64,000 bases of DNA from Alphaproteobacteria bacterium (GTDB taxonomy: Bacteria; Pseudomonadota; Alphaproteobacteria; RF32; CAG-239), in contig JAFVFB010000008.1 of NCBI GenBank assembly GCA_017475705.1, forward strand, positions 17,483 to 81,482, read 5' to 3'. The notes beneath the pieces were generated by a model. That model was not told the origin of the DNA. It did not search any database and saw nothing but the letters and a program-made list of their open reading frames with translations. The position numbers were made by a program, and so were the translations under genes. Shown piece by piece: positions 9,755-19,736 of this stretch. Position 1 is the stretch's first letter. Each line of letters begins with the position of its first letter.

Positions 9755-10903
9755 ATGCAAACGGTAGAATGTAGTAAATGTGGCGGCTGTGCCCTGAGAA
9801 ATATGCAAATGAGCGAATATCGCCGCGTAAAAGAAGATGATTTTATCAAAACAATTAAGCATATTAAAAAAGCTACACCGCAGTTTGATATGCCGATATT
9901 TATTGAAGATGGACAACGCCGTAGAGCAAATATGACTTTTTTAACTTCTGAAAAAAAATTGTATTTAGGATTTAATGCCAGAGAAAGTCACCAAATTGTG
10001 GACATAGCATCCTGCCCGATGCTATGTTCGCAGTTAAACCAATTATTGGAGCCACTGCATCGTTTTTTGCAAGAATTCTGCCAAATAAAAATATCACTCA
10101 AAAATAAAAAGAAAAAAATACAAGTAACAAACATTGATAAAGGAGACATCTATATATTAGCAGCAGACAACGGTGTAGATATTATGTTAGAAATATTTCA
10201 GCAACCAACCATCGAACACCGTATGCTGGTGGCAGACTTTGTGCAACAAGTGCCGAATATATGCAGATTCTCATGGAAAATTAATCAATCATTACCGGAA
10301 ACAGTAGTTGAGAATATAACGCCGGAAATTGTGGTGGCTGGTTACCATCTAGCAATACCGCAAGGCGTTTTCTTACAAGCTTCGAAAAAGGCAGAAACGG
10401 CTATGATAAACAAAGTGCTAGAATATTTGGGTGAAACGCGCGGTTACCTAGCCGATTTGTTCTGTGGGCTGGGAACTTTTACGTTGCCGATAGCGAAGAT
10501 GAAAGAAAATAATGTACTTGCTGTAGATTCTTCTACCGATGCACTTAGAGGTTTGCAAAAGGCCTTAAATATAAATCAATGCCAAAATGTACAAGTTTTG
10601 AATAGAAACTTGTTTAAGGAACCTTTAGATGCAACAGAGCTAGGAAAAATTAAGACACTCATAATGGATCCGCCTCGTGCCGGAGCACATCAACAATGCC
10701 GAGAAATCGCAAAATTACCAATTTCAATGAAACCAAGTAAAATTATTTTTATATCATGTAATCCGAAAACATTTGTTTATGATGCTGAATTATTAATAAA
10801 TGCCGGATATAATCTGGAGAAGATAACCCTGATTGACCAATTTGTATATTCACCTCATCAGGAATTGATAGCCCTGTTAACATTAACCCCTAACGCCAAT
10901 TAA
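9755..10903 (+). CDS. 23S rRNA (uracil-C5)-methyltransferase, RlmC/RlmD (RumA/B, TrmA) family
   Basis: N-terminal Cys cluster CSKCGGCALR plus CPML (4Fe-4S). SAM motif DLFCGLGTFTLP. Catalytic region DPPRAG and SCNP. Confidence 0.8.
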   Translation: MQTVECSKCGGCALRNMQMSEYRRVKEDDFIKTIKHIKKATPQFDMPIFIEDGQRRRANMTFLTSEKKLYLGFNARESHQIVDIASCPMLCSQLNQLLEPLHRFLQEFCQIKISLKNKKKKIQVTNIDKGDIYILAADNGVDIMLEIFQQPTIEHRMLVADFVQQVPNICRFSWKINQSLPETVVENITPEIVVAGYHLAIPQGVFLQASKKAETAMINKVLEYLGETRGYLADLFCGLGTFTLPIAKMKENNVLAVDSSTDALRGLQKALNINQCQNVQVLNRNLFKEPLDATELGKIKTLIMDPPRAGAHQQCREIAKLPISMKPSKIIFISCNPKTFVYDAELLINAGYNLEKITLIDQFVYSPHQELIALLTLTPNAN

Positions 10904-10913
10904 GGAGAGAAAA

Positions 10914-12878
10914 ATGATGGATATATCGAAGTTAAAACAAATGGCGAATGCCGTACGCTTTTTAGCTGCAGATGCAATTAATAAAGCAAACTCAGGACAC
11001 CCAGGAATGCCTTTGGGAATGGCAGATGTTGCAACAGTCTTGTTTGCAGAATACATCAAGTTGAATCCTTTGGCCCCAAAATGGTTCAACAGAGATCGAT
11101 TCGTTCTGTCTGCCGGGCATGGTTCTATGTTGCTATACTCCTTATTGTATTTGACCGGGTACAAAGATATAACCATTGAAGATATTAAAAATTTTCGCCA
11201 GTTTGGAGCTAAAACCGCAGGACACCCAGAATACGGACATTTAGATGGAATTGATATGACAACGGGACCTCTCGGGCAGGGGATTTCTTCTGCTGTCGGA
11301 ATGGCCGCAGCAGAACGCATGATAAATGCTAGATTCGGTGATGAACTATGTAATCACTATACATACGTGATTGCCGGTGATGGATGTTTAATGGAAGGAA
11401 TTTCCGAAGAAGCCGCTTCATTAGCTGGACACTTACAATTAAATAAACTGATTGTATTTTGGGATAACAATAATATTACAATTGATGGAACCGTAGATAA
11501 AGCCAGTTCAACCGACCAAATAGCGCGTTTTAAAGCCATTGGCTGGAATACACTAAGCATTAATGGGCATGATTATAATGAAATCAGACAGGCAATTGAA
11601 ACAGCACAAAAATCTGATAAACCAACATTAATCGCTTGTAAGACAACAATCGGCTATGGTGCGCCGACAAAAAGCGGAACATCTAAATGCCATGGTGCGC
11701 CATTGGGAGAAGATGAAACTGCTGCAATGCGCCAAGCACTGGCATGGTCATATAAGCCTTTTGTGCTACCAGATGATATTTTAGCAATATGGAGAAAAAG
11801 TCAACAACGAAACCTTGAATCCTACGATTCTTGGGTATCTGCGGCAGCAGCGGCAAGCCAAGAATTTAGAAATATCATAACTGCTAAACTGCCCCGAAAC
11901 TGGGATAGTAATCTAAATGATATAAAAAAACAAGCCATTGCTGAACAAACCAAAGTTGCGACACGTAAAGCATCTGAAATGTGCTTAAGAGCTATTGTTC
12001 CCAATATACCAGAAATTGTGGGTGGATCAGCAGATTTAGCTGCATCAAATTTGACGTTTGTGGAAGGGTTAAAAACCATAACTAGAGATGACTACAATGG
12101 CAATAATATTATGTATGGTATCAGAGAACATGCAATGGGTGCTATCATGAACGGTATGGCTTTACATGGTGGAATTATTCCTTATGGCGGTACATTCTTT
12201 GTCTTTTCCGATTATATGCGTCCGTCACAAAGATTAGCAGCTCTGATGGGAATACGAGTTATCTATGTCTTAACTCATGATTCTATTGGTGTAGGGGAAG
12301 ATGGCCCGACGCATCAGCCGATAGAACACCTAGCTTCGTATCGAGCAATGCCGAATATATTAACATTCCGCCCCTGTGATGTCGTTGAAACCGCAGAATG
12401 TTGGCAGATTGCGCTGACCGAAAAAAATAGACCAAGTATTTTGGCATTATCGCGTCAAGGAGTGCCTTTATTGCGAGACACTGCAGAAGAAAATCTGTCT
12501 AGAAAAGGTGCATACATCATATCTCCGGCAAAAAAAGAGCGCGAGGCAACAATCATATCTACGGGAACAGAAGTACACATAGCCATAGCAGCGCAAGCAC
12601 TTTTACGGGAAAATGGAATTGATATTGCAGTTGTATCAATGCCGTGCATGGAATTATTTGAGGAGCAGACACTTCAATACCAAATGCAAGTTTTAGGTAA
12701 TAAACCTGTTATTAGCGTAGAAGCAGCATCAACTTTTGGCTGGAACCGTTATGCCCAAAGAACTATTGGCATCGATTCATTTGGTGCATCGGCACCGGCC
12801 GGAAAGCTGTATGAATATTATGGTTTGACAGCAGAAAAGATTGCTGAGGAAGTAAAAAGCTTTATGCATAAATTATGA
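10914..12878 (+). CDS. tkt: transketolase
   Basis: 654 aa. SGHPGMPLGMADV, TPP motif GDGCLMEG..NN, THDSIGVGEDGPTHQP. Confidence 0.95.
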   Translation: MMDISKLKQMANAVRFLAADAINKANSGHPGMPLGMADVATVLFAEYIKLNPLAPKWFNRDRFVLSAGHGSMLLYSLLYLTGYKDITIEDIKNFRQFGAKTAGHPEYGHLDGIDMTTGPLGQGISSAVGMAAAERMINARFGDELCNHYTYVIAGDGCLMEGISEEAASLAGHLQLNKLIVFWDNNNITIDGTVDKASSTDQIARFKAIGWNTLSINGHDYNEIRQAIETAQKSDKPTLIACKTTIGYGAPTKSGTSKCHGAPLGEDETAAMRQALAWSYKPFVLPDDILAIWRKSQQRNLESYDSWVSAAAAASQEFRNIITAKLPRNWDSNLNDIKKQAIAEQTKVATRKASEMCLRAIVPNIPEIVGGSADLAASNLTFVEGLKTITRDDYNGNNIMYGIREHAMGAIMNGMALHGGIIPYGGTFFVFSDYMRPSQRLAALMGIRVIYVLTHDSIGVGEDGPTHQPIEHLASYRAMPNILTFRPCDVVETAECWQIALTEKNRPSILALSRQGVPLLRDTAEENLSRKGAYIISPAKKEREATIISTGTEVHIAIAAQALLRENGIDIAVVSMPCMELFEEQTLQYQMQVLGNKPVISVEAASTFGWNRYAQRTIGIDSFGASAPAGKLYEYYGLTAEKIAEEVKSFMHKL

Positions 12879-12884
12879 AAAATG

Positions 12885-12912
12885 TTGACAAAAAAAAGAA
12901 TAACTATATTTT
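12885..12912 (+). promoter_or_regulatory. sigma70-type promoter candidate (TTGACA-16-TATTTT)
   Basis: TTGACA at 12885-12890 and an A/T-rich -10 at 12907-12912. It lies directly after the tkt stop. Confidence 0.4.
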
Positions 12913-12980
12913 CAAACTAAAATAAAATTATTGTTCAATTATTAAAATCCCGTGCAACAGGACATGGTTAATTAAAAATT

Positions 12981-13349
12981 ATGGAAATAATAGGTTATCT
13001 GCTACTAGCTCTCGCTGGAGTATGTTTTATAATGGTTTTCGCTGGAAGCTGGTGGGAGAGCTCTCCGCGCCGATTTTGGCTGACAGGCCTAACTTATGAG
13101 GACAAGGATCAACAAAGTTTCTATCGCTTTTTCTGGATGTTTGCCTGGGGTGCTGCTATAATTGGATCTTGGCTGGTGACGCATGATGATCCTAGATTCG
13201 AATACGAAGGATGGATTGCCATTGCAAATACGGCTTTACTTACTTTTATAGCATGGCTTTTGGCGAAGATTGTTATTGGAACCTGCATTTTAATCTGGTG
13301 GCTATACCGATGGATTTTTGAAGGAAAGCCACTATTTTCAAATGAATAG
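12981..13349 (+). CDS. hypothetical small Trp-rich membrane protein (3 predicted TM)
   Basis: 122 aa. No SD upstream (ttaattaaaaattATG). G/C-richer codons than its neighbours. Has its own terminator. Confidence 0.55.
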   Translation: MEIIGYLLLALAGVCFIMVFAGSWWESSPRRFWLTGLTYEDKDQQSFYRFFWMFAWGAAIIGSWLVTHDDPRFEYEGWIAIANTALLTFIAWLLAKIVIGTCILIWWLYRWIFEGKPLFSNE

Positions 13350-13357
13350 AAGTATTA

Positions 13358-13395
13358 AAAAGCATTGTCCACAGTATGAGGACAGTGCTTTTTTA
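13358..13395. terminator. bidirectional intrinsic terminator
   Basis: Hairpin aaagcattgtcc/ggacagtgcttt (one G-U pair), with a T-run on the + side and an A-run on the other. It sits between convergent genes. Confidence 0.75.
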
Positions 13396-14088
13396 TTTTT
13401 CGTGATGTACATAATTTTTATCTCTCATTTCCTCTTTATAATCAAAATCGAAATAATAATCATCAAAGTTGTTAACTTGACTTTTATAACGGTTATCTTT
13501 GATGACATCTTTTAGGGCACGGCGATGCGACCAATCAGTAATACGGTTTTTAACTTCTGTCAAACCCTGAGACATAAAAGTTGTATCGACGTAAACTTTT
13601 TTATTTTTATAAAGAAAGTAATTCCACACATGGGCAAAATTACCATGTCGGAGTTTATTTGCAGAAAGAAAGCGTTTGCCTGGATAAGCATAACCATGAA
13701 CTTCATAGGCACGGATACCGGCTTTTTGGCACATGGCAATAAAAAGCGTTGAAAAATCGCCGCAAATACCCACTCTAGACCTTATCAGTTCGCGAGGTTC
13801 TTGCTCATGATAATTTTTTATTAAGTTTGTTGTCTTCCCGTTATGATAAAGATATTCATCGTAGTTTATGTGCTGAGCAATCCAAAAGGCAATAACTTTT
13901 GCTTTATCATAATCATCATCAAGGCGCTTAGTCAGATAAGTGACAAGCGACGTAATATTATTTTCATCAGTCCGTGGAACAGAAGCGGCATAGCGGCTTA
14001 GGCTACGCGAAGTATACCGTGTGGCATAGACATTATTACAATAAAGAAGAACACAACAGCAACCGAAGATGAAAAGTATTCTACGCAT
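13393..14088 (-). CDS. secreted transglutaminase-like cysteine peptidase family protein
   Basis: Transglutaminase core triad context: RVGICGDFSTLF (Cys), FAHVWNYF (His), VYVDTTF (Asp). Signal peptide MRRILFIFGCCCVLLYCNNVYA. Start moved to ATG 14088 (SD agaggga) from the track's 14133. Confidence 0.7.
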   Translation of the reverse strand: MRRILFIFGCCCVLLYCNNVYATRYTSRSLSRYAASVPRTDENNITSLVTYLTKRLDDDYDKAKVIAFWIAQHINYDEYLYHNGKTTNLIKNYHEQEPRELIRSRVGICGDFSTLFIAMCQKAGIRAYEVHGYAYPGKRFLSANKLRHGNFAHVWNYFLYKNKKVYVDTTFMSQGLTEVKNRITDWSHRRALKDVIKDNRYKSQVNNFDDYYFDFDYKEEMRDKNYVHHEK

Positions 14089-14235
14089 AAAATTATCCCT
14101 CTGCAATACAGCAAGATAATATATCAAAGACATTTAAATTTTAATTAATCAGTAAAATAAAGTAAAAACAAATAAATAGATAGTGGTATTATAATACCAA
14201 TGAATAATTTGTTGAAAAAACATGCAAAAAAATGT

Positions 14236-14263
14236 TTGACAATTAATTTTTTGCGGATATATT
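14236..14263 (+). promoter_or_regulatory. sigma70-type promoter candidate for rplM-rpsI (TTGACA-16-TATATT)
   Basis: TTGACA at 14236-14241 and TATATT at 14258-14263. Confidence 0.5.
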
Positions 14264-14307
14264 GACCACGATTTAATAATAACCTTTATTGAAAAGAGAC
14301 CAATAAT

Positions 14308-14778
14308 ATGAATAGTACATATGCAACAAAGCCGTCTGATATTACAAGAAAATGGTATATTGTTGATGCAACAGATGTCGTTTTAGGTCGTCTTGCTGCA
14401 CAGGTTGCAAAATTGCTCCGTGGTAAGCATAAACCTTATTTTACACCAAATTTGGATTGTGGTGACTATGTTGTTGTTATCAATGCCGATAAAGTAAAAT
14501 TGACTGGCAAAAAGTTAACTGATAAAAAATATTATAAACATACTGGTTGGATTGGTGGAATTAAAGAAACCACAGCCGGAAAAATCTTAAATAGCCGTTT
14601 TCCGGAAAGAGTTGTTGAAAAAGCTGTTGAACGCATGATTGCTCGCAATCCGATGGGACGTCAGCAAATGACAAAATTAAAAGTATATGCCGGTGAAAAT
14701 CATCCGCATGCTGCTCAAAATCCTGAAGTTTTGGATATTGCATCCATGAATTCTAAGAACAAAAGGAGTGAACTGTAA
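14308..14778 (+). CDS. rplM: 50S ribosomal protein L13
   Basis: [34 protein letters not shown]; [14 protein letters not shown]. Confidence 0.97.
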   Translation: MNSTYATKPSDITRKWYIVDATDVVLGRLAAQVAKLLRGKHKPYFTPNLDCGDYVVVINADKVKLTGKKLTDKKYYKHTGWIGGIKETTAGKILNSRFPERVVEKAVERMIARNPMGRQQMTKLKVYAGENHPHAAQNPEVLDIASMNSKNKRSEL

Positions 14779-15266
14779 TGGCTAAGAAAAAAATTGAATC
14801 ATTAACAGAAATCAAAGAAGCTGTTGCAACAACCACAACAGCAGCAGCTGAGGTTAAGAAAAAGCCAGCGCGTGATAAACAAGGTCGCTCTTATGCAACA
14901 GGCAAAAGAAAGAATGCGGTTGCACGCGTATGGATTATGCCAGGTAAAGGTAATATCACCATTAACGAAAAGCCGATAGACACTTATTTTGCGCGTCCAG
15001 TTTTGAAGATGATTATCAACCAACCATTTGAAATTACCAATCGCGAAAATGAATTTGATGTTGTTTGTACAGTTCAAGGCGGTGGCTTATCTGGTCAAGC
15101 AGGTGCTATTAAACATGGTATTTCAAAAGCATTAAATGAGTATGAGCCGGAATTGCGTTCAGTATTGAAACAAGCAGGGTTCTTAACTCGTGATGATCGT
15201 GTTGTTGAACGTAAGAAATATGGACGTGCTAAAGCTCGCCGTTCTTATCAGTTCTCTAAGCGTTAA
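14778..15266 (+). CDS. rpsI: 30S ribosomal protein S9
   Basis: [31 protein letters not shown]-terminal [11 protein letters not shown]. The start overlaps the rplM stop (TAATG). Confidence 0.97.
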   Translation: MAKKKIESLTEIKEAVATTTTAAAEVKKKPARDKQGRSYATGKRKNAVARVWIMPGKGNITINEKPIDTYFARPVLKMIINQPFEITNRENEFDVVCTVQGGGLSGQAGAIKHGISKALNEYEPELRSVLKQAGFLTRDDRVVERKKYGRAKARRSYQFSKR

Positions 15267-15285
15267 TCCATTAACAATAGTAAAA

Positions 15286-15319
15286 AAGCCCTATACAATC
15301 ATTTGTATAGGGCTTTTTG
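15286..15319 (+). terminator. intrinsic terminator after rpsI
   Basis: Hairpin aagccctataca/tgtatagggctt followed by TTTTT. Confidence 0.85.
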
Positions 15320-15513
15320 TTTTAGGAATTATATCTCCCCATAAAACATCTTTTACTATTCCAAAATTCAAAGTTTGTGGAAGAAATCCATACTGTTCAA
15401 AATGTTTTTTTGAGAGTATCATTACAATCAAACAACTGATATGCAAGTATAATTACGATATAAAATTGTCAATAGGAATATAGGAAAATAAGTGAAGTAA
15501 ACATATTTTTAGC

Positions 15514-15543
15514 TTGACAAAAGTAAAAAATAATCCATATAAT
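15514..15543 (+). promoter_or_regulatory. sigma70-type promoter candidate (TTGACA-18-TATAAT)
   Basis: TTGACA at 15514-15519 and TATAAT at 15538-15543, upstream of the TPR gene. Confidence 0.5.
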
Positions 15544-15585
15544 ACAAGCGTTAAATTATTTTGTAAAACTATGTAGAGAAGAAAT

Positions 15586-16566
15586 ATGGTTAAGTTAAAT
15601 GATAATAATGCCTACAAGCGCGGGCAAGAACTACTAGATGCTGGTATGTGCAAAGAAGCAATAGCTCAATTTGATGAGTTTTTGCAGTCACAACCGGATA
15701 ATTGGAAAGCAATCAATTCTAAGGGATTTGCTTTTCAGAAAATGAGTAAATATACTGAAGCTGTAGAATGTTTCGATAAGGCGCTATTGATTAATCCAAA
15801 GTCTGTTGAGGTATTAAACAACAAAGGGGTGACTTTGAGTATGCGCGGTTTGTATAAAGAAGCAATCAGTTGTTTCGAACAAGCTTTCGCTAATGATCCT
15901 ACTTCTCTAGAAGCCCTGAATGGAAAGGCAATAGCCTTACAGCATATGTTTTTATTCAAAGAGGCTTTAGATGTTTTACAACAGGCCTATCAAGTTGATT
16001 CTAAACACCCACAGACACTGTTGAGTATTGCTGTAACTTTACAAAAATTAAAGCAATATGAACGTGCAATTGGGTATTTCAAAAAAGTTTTAGCACAAGA
16101 TAAATCAAATGTGAAGGCCTGGAATGGAATTGGTGTGACCTATCAGCTGATGGGGGATAACGATTCGGCTTTGAAATGTTTTACGAAAATACTTAATATT
16201 GATAGTAGCGAAATCCAGGCATGGATTAGCATCGGCTTTGTGTACCAGAAAATGTTTAAATTCAAAGATGCATTGAAGTGTTATAATAAAGCTAAAAATT
16301 TAGTGGATGGGCGTTATCATCATAAACTCTATGATGGGTTAGCATCTTGCTTGACTAAGCTTTCTGAATTCGACCAGGCAATTGAAATATATAAGCATAT
16401 TTTTCAAAGGGAAGAAGGTAAGAAAAAATGGGATGCGCAGCGCTCTATTAAGTTTGTAAATAAATTAAAGCGCAAAAAAGCAATCGGAATTTTACCAGAC
16501 GTAATTCCTTCTGATATGGGAACAACTGATAGCAATAACGATGCTGAAGGAACAGCAGAGGCCTAA
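15586..16566 (+). CDS. tetratricopeptide-repeat (TPR) protein
   Basis: 326 aa with about 8 consecutive 34-aa TPR units (W..G..Y...g.y.eAi..f.kAl.l.P..). No signal peptide. Confidence 0.85.
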   Translation: MVKLNDNNAYKRGQELLDAGMCKEAIAQFDEFLQSQPDNWKAINSKGFAFQKMSKYTEAVECFDKALLINPKSVEVLNNKGVTLSMRGLYKEAISCFEQAFANDPTSLEALNGKAIALQHMFLFKEALDVLQQAYQVDSKHPQTLLSIAVTLQKLKQYERAIGYFKKVLAQDKSNVKAWNGIGVTYQLMGDNDSALKCFTKILNIDSSEIQAWISIGFVYQKMFKFKDALKCYNKAKNLVDGRYHHKLYDGLASCLTKLSEFDQAIEIYKHIFQREEGKKKWDAQRSIKFVNKLKRKKAIGILPDVIPSDMGTTDSNNDAEGTAEA

Positions 16567-16655
16567 AGATACTTTGATGTTAGTATTCGTGAAATAAGAG
16601 TGTACAAGGCATTCTTAAAAGGGTATGTTTTATCTGTAATAAGGGTGACACAAAG

Positions 16656-18176
16656 ATGAAACAGACAACACGAAATAAAATAAATATCAGCTTACAATAC
16701 ATACCAAAGCTGTATTTTACGCTACAGATTATACTTGGCATTTTAGCGGCTTTTTGGATTTTGTTTAACCATCAACCTAAGACCGGTGATGATGTCGAGC
16801 ATCTGCACTCTGCCTGGTTGGTGTTTGAAGGCAAAATCCCGTATGTCGATTTTTTCCAGCATCATAATCCGCTGCTATGGTATTTATTTGCCCCATTAGT
16901 TGGTTTTTTTGCTTATAACATTGCAATTTTTGATATTGTACGCATCATATCAACACTAGTGTTATTTGTAACAATTTTTATAACAGCAAAAATTGTACAG
17001 AAATTTATTTGTAATGATAAGTATGCCGGGCTACTGACAGTAGCATCTATTTTCCCCTCATACATTGCGTTGAGTGGACAAGATTTTCGCCCAGACAACT
17101 ATATGGTGGCGAGTTTTATGATCGGGTTGTATTTCTTTTTAGATTATCTGCAAAATTTGAAAAAAAGAACAATCATTATTTCCTTTATGAGCATGTTTAT
17201 CTGCTTTATGTTTATGCAAAAAAGTGTATTCTTCTTGGGGGTGTTTGGCCTAGAAGTGCTGGTGTTGCTGGCCTTGAAAAAAGTGCGAGGCAAGGACTTT
17301 GCTATAGCATTAATTTTGCCATTTATTTCATGTTTGTTATTTATACTATGGCTGATGAGCCACCAAATGGTTGAAAGATATTGGTTATCAAACTTTATTT
17401 TTAATTTATATATTCCAGATGTTTATGATGGGCTGAGCGAAAAAACAGTGCCTGAATTTTATGGTTTGACCGCGCTAGCAACAGTTGGTTTTTTTTACTT
17501 TATGAAATATGGCAATACAGCGGTAAGATTAGTTTGCTTCATATGGATGAGTGAAGCAATACAACGCTTCTGTTATTTCTCTTTAGATCGTCATTATTAC
17601 TATTTTTTGGATATAATGAATGCTATACTTGTTGGTGGACTAGCCTACCGATTGATATGCCGTTGGCAATGGGTGGCATATATTTTTATGATGCTCGCGA
17701 TGGCAGCTACTTGGAAATTTGCCATCTATTGCAGGCAAAATAAATTGCCGTCAGAATACCATCGTTATGTTACACCGAAATACATTATCGAAAATACCAA
17801 TCGTTGTGATGCTGTGCTCAATGGCTATGGATTAACCTATGGAATTTTTTCCAGAGACTTGACTTACTATTGGAATTTAAATGGGCAACTAGATGTGATT
17901 GGTGATAAAATAGGGTTGGCTCCGTTGCCTGATTTAAATATAGTGACAGAAAAATATTTACCGAAAATTATCTATACCGGTCCTTATTGGCATGAAAAAT
18001 GGCATAAACGCCATCATGATATTGCCGTGCATTGGATTAAGCCAGACATAAGAGATAAATACTACCAGCAATCAATTTTTGTTGATATTTTTATCTTAAA
18101 ACCAGAATACCAAAATAAACGTCGATGTCGCTATGATGCCCAAACCCAATCATGGCACTATTATAATAAGGAATGA
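16656..18176 (+). CDS. polytopic membrane protein, probable GT-C-fold glycosyltransferase (PMT_2/ArnT-like), paralogue 1
   Basis: 506 aa, about 11 TM helices. The first loop GDDVEHLHSAWLVFEGKIPYVDFFQHHNPLLWY resembles the GT39/83 D-E...HPPL motif. Soluble C-terminal ~140 aa. Confidence 0.5.
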   Translation: MKQTTRNKINISLQYIPKLYFTLQIILGILAAFWILFNHQPKTGDDVEHLHSAWLVFEGKIPYVDFFQHHNPLLWYLFAPLVGFFAYNIAIFDIVRIISTLVLFVTIFITAKIVQKFICNDKYAGLLTVASIFPSYIALSGQDFRPDNYMVASFMIGLYFFLDYLQNLKKRTIIISFMSMFICFMFMQKSVFFLGVFGLEVLVLLALKKVRGKDFAIALILPFISCLLFILWLMSHQMVERYWLSNFIFNLYIPDVYDGLSEKTVPEFYGLTALATVGFFYFMKYGNTAVRLVCFIWMSEAIQRFCYFSLDRHYYYFLDIMNAILVGGLAYRLICRWQWVAYIFMMLAMAATWKFAIYCRQNKLPSEYHRYVTPKYIIENTNRCDAVLNGYGLTYGIFSRDLTYYWNLNGQLDVIGDKIGLAPLPDLNIVTEKYLPKIIYTGPYWHEKWHKRHHDIAVHWIKPDIRDKYYQQSIFVDIFILKPEYQNKRRCRYDAQTQSWHYYNKE

Positions 18177-19675
18177 AAGTCATGGTACAAATCAAAAAAC
18201 TGGCAGTGATAATTTTAGGGTTATATCTGGTTTATGCGGTTGGATTGCTGTATTGGGTGGTCATATATAGTGGGTCAGGAGATGGGGATACCCTAGAACA
18301 TGTTCATTCCTCTTGGCTGGTCTATCATGGTAAAATTCCTTATAAAGATTTTTTTCAACATCATCATCCTTTATTGTGGTATATCGGAGCACCGTTGGTG
18401 GGGGCTTTCGAATATAGTTTGCGAGCAGTCGACGCAGTCAACATCTTAACGGTAACCATCACGGCGTTAACAGTTTTCTATATTTATAGCTTACATAAAA
18501 ATTTCTTAGCTGGAAAACTAGGAGGATTAATCGCTGCAGCATTTTTTATATTACCGCAAGATAGTCTTTATAATAAAGATTTTAAGCCGGACAATTTTAT
18601 GGTAGCCGCCTTAATAATTGGCTTATATGAACTTTGTGTCTATCTCAAGAAAAAGCAAATGTCAGCCCTGGCTTTTTCTTTTCTGGCATTTTTTTTAGCA
18701 TTTATGATTACTCAAAAGGCATTATTGATTTTAGCAGCCATAGGAGGGATAATCTTATACTTGCTCTACACAAACCAAATAAGAAAACAGGATTTTATCT
18801 ATAGTATAATTTTACCGATTATGCTATATAGCGCATTTTTGGTGTTCTTATACTCTCAAAATATCTTAAACGTTTATTTTAAAGCAAATTTTGAATTAAA
18901 CACATATATACCGCAAGTTTTTGCCAAACGACGCTTTATCGCACCGAGTCCAGAAATGTGGGGACCCATAATTTTGGCTTTATACGCGTTAATAAAATGC
19001 AGCAACAACAATTTATATTATAGAATCATAAGTATTATCTTTATGGCCGAGTTTGTGATTCGCATGTATTATTTGACGCCATTTATATACTATTTTGCAT
19101 TTTTACATGCCATAGCATCTATTTTAGCGGCAGCAATGATAATGGAGTTTGCGAAAAAAAATAAACAAGTAATCATCATCGTTTTATTATACTTCTTAGG
19201 GCTGGGCTACTTTTATACTTATAAATACAGCCAAAGAATAACCGTCGGAGATAGTTTTAAATATGGTGCAGCAGGATATGTGTTAGAAAACACAACCCCT
19301 TGCGACTATGTATTAAACGGGTATCGCATAGGGTATAATCTCTTTAACAAAGATGTCGATTTTATATGGAACTTAAAAGGACAAATTGATGTGATTGCAG
19401 CGACAATCGGTATGTATCCGTTATCTGATCTAGAAAGTTTAATCCGAGAAAAACGTCCCAAAATTATCTATGGTGGAAATTACTATGATACCTATCGAGA
19501 ATATCGAGGTGAAATTGGTAAATACCCAATACACTGGATAAGCAAGCACCTACTTGAGGAAATGTATAATCCTTTGCCCAGAGATAATTTATATATTTTA
19601 AAGCCAGAATATCAAAGCTATGATTGTCGCTATAATCCGCGAACAAAGAGCTATGAATATAGAGACAAACATTAG
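18173..19675 (+). CDS. polytopic membrane protein, probable GT-C-fold glycosyltransferase, paralogue 2
   Basis: 500 aa, colinear with the upstream gene (GDGDTLEHVHSSWLVYHGKIPYKDFFQHHHPLLWY; C-terminal ..ILKPEYQ...CRY.....SY.Y). The ATGA start/stop overlap suggests translational coupling. Confidence 0.5.
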   Translation: MKVMVQIKKLAVIILGLYLVYAVGLLYWVVIYSGSGDGDTLEHVHSSWLVYHGKIPYKDFFQHHHPLLWYIGAPLVGAFEYSLRAVDAVNILTVTITALTVFYIYSLHKNFLAGKLGGLIAAAFFILPQDSLYNKDFKPDNFMVAALIIGLYELCVYLKKKQMSALAFSFLAFFLAFMITQKALLILAAIGGIILYLLYTNQIRKQDFIYSIILPIMLYSAFLVFLYSQNILNVYFKANFELNTYIPQVFAKRRFIAPSPEMWGPIILALYALIKCSNNNLYYRIISIIFMAEFVIRMYYLTPFIYYFAFLHAIASILAAAMIMEFAKKNKQVIIIVLLYFLGLGYFYTYKYSQRITVGDSFKYGAAGYVLENTTPCDYVLNGYRIGYNLFNKDVDFIWNLKGQIDVIAATIGMYPLSDLESLIREKRPKIIYGGNYYDTYREYRGEIGKYPIHWISKHLLEEMYNPLPRDNLYILKPEYQSYDCRYNPRTKSYEYRDKH

Positions 19676-19736
19676 CAAAAAGTTTACTAATTTATCTTAA
19701 ACTAAACTTAAAATATAAATCTACCAAGGAGGAGTT

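Noticed and set aside
10883-11320. Antisense or alternative-frame ORFs inside housekeeping genes (this one in tkt; also 4137-4421, 6950-7408, 7872-8192, 31655-32143, 25675-26001, 35145-35749 and others)
   Set aside because: They lie entirely within well-supported conserved genes. They have no SD or promoter, and their composition is typical of frame-shifted translation.
15190-15483. 97-aa ORF overlapping the end of rpsI and the following intergenic region; similarly 13318-13515 and 21778-22026
   Set aside because: They run through strong terminator hairpins or overlap real genes out of frame, and they have no translation signals.
16656-19675. Calling the two membrane paralogues O-antigen ligase/polymerase or ArnT specifically
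   Set aside because: Only a loop motif and the topology support a GT-C fold, and no diagnostic residues for a specific subfamily could be verified by eye. The call is kept at the generic GT-C-like level.
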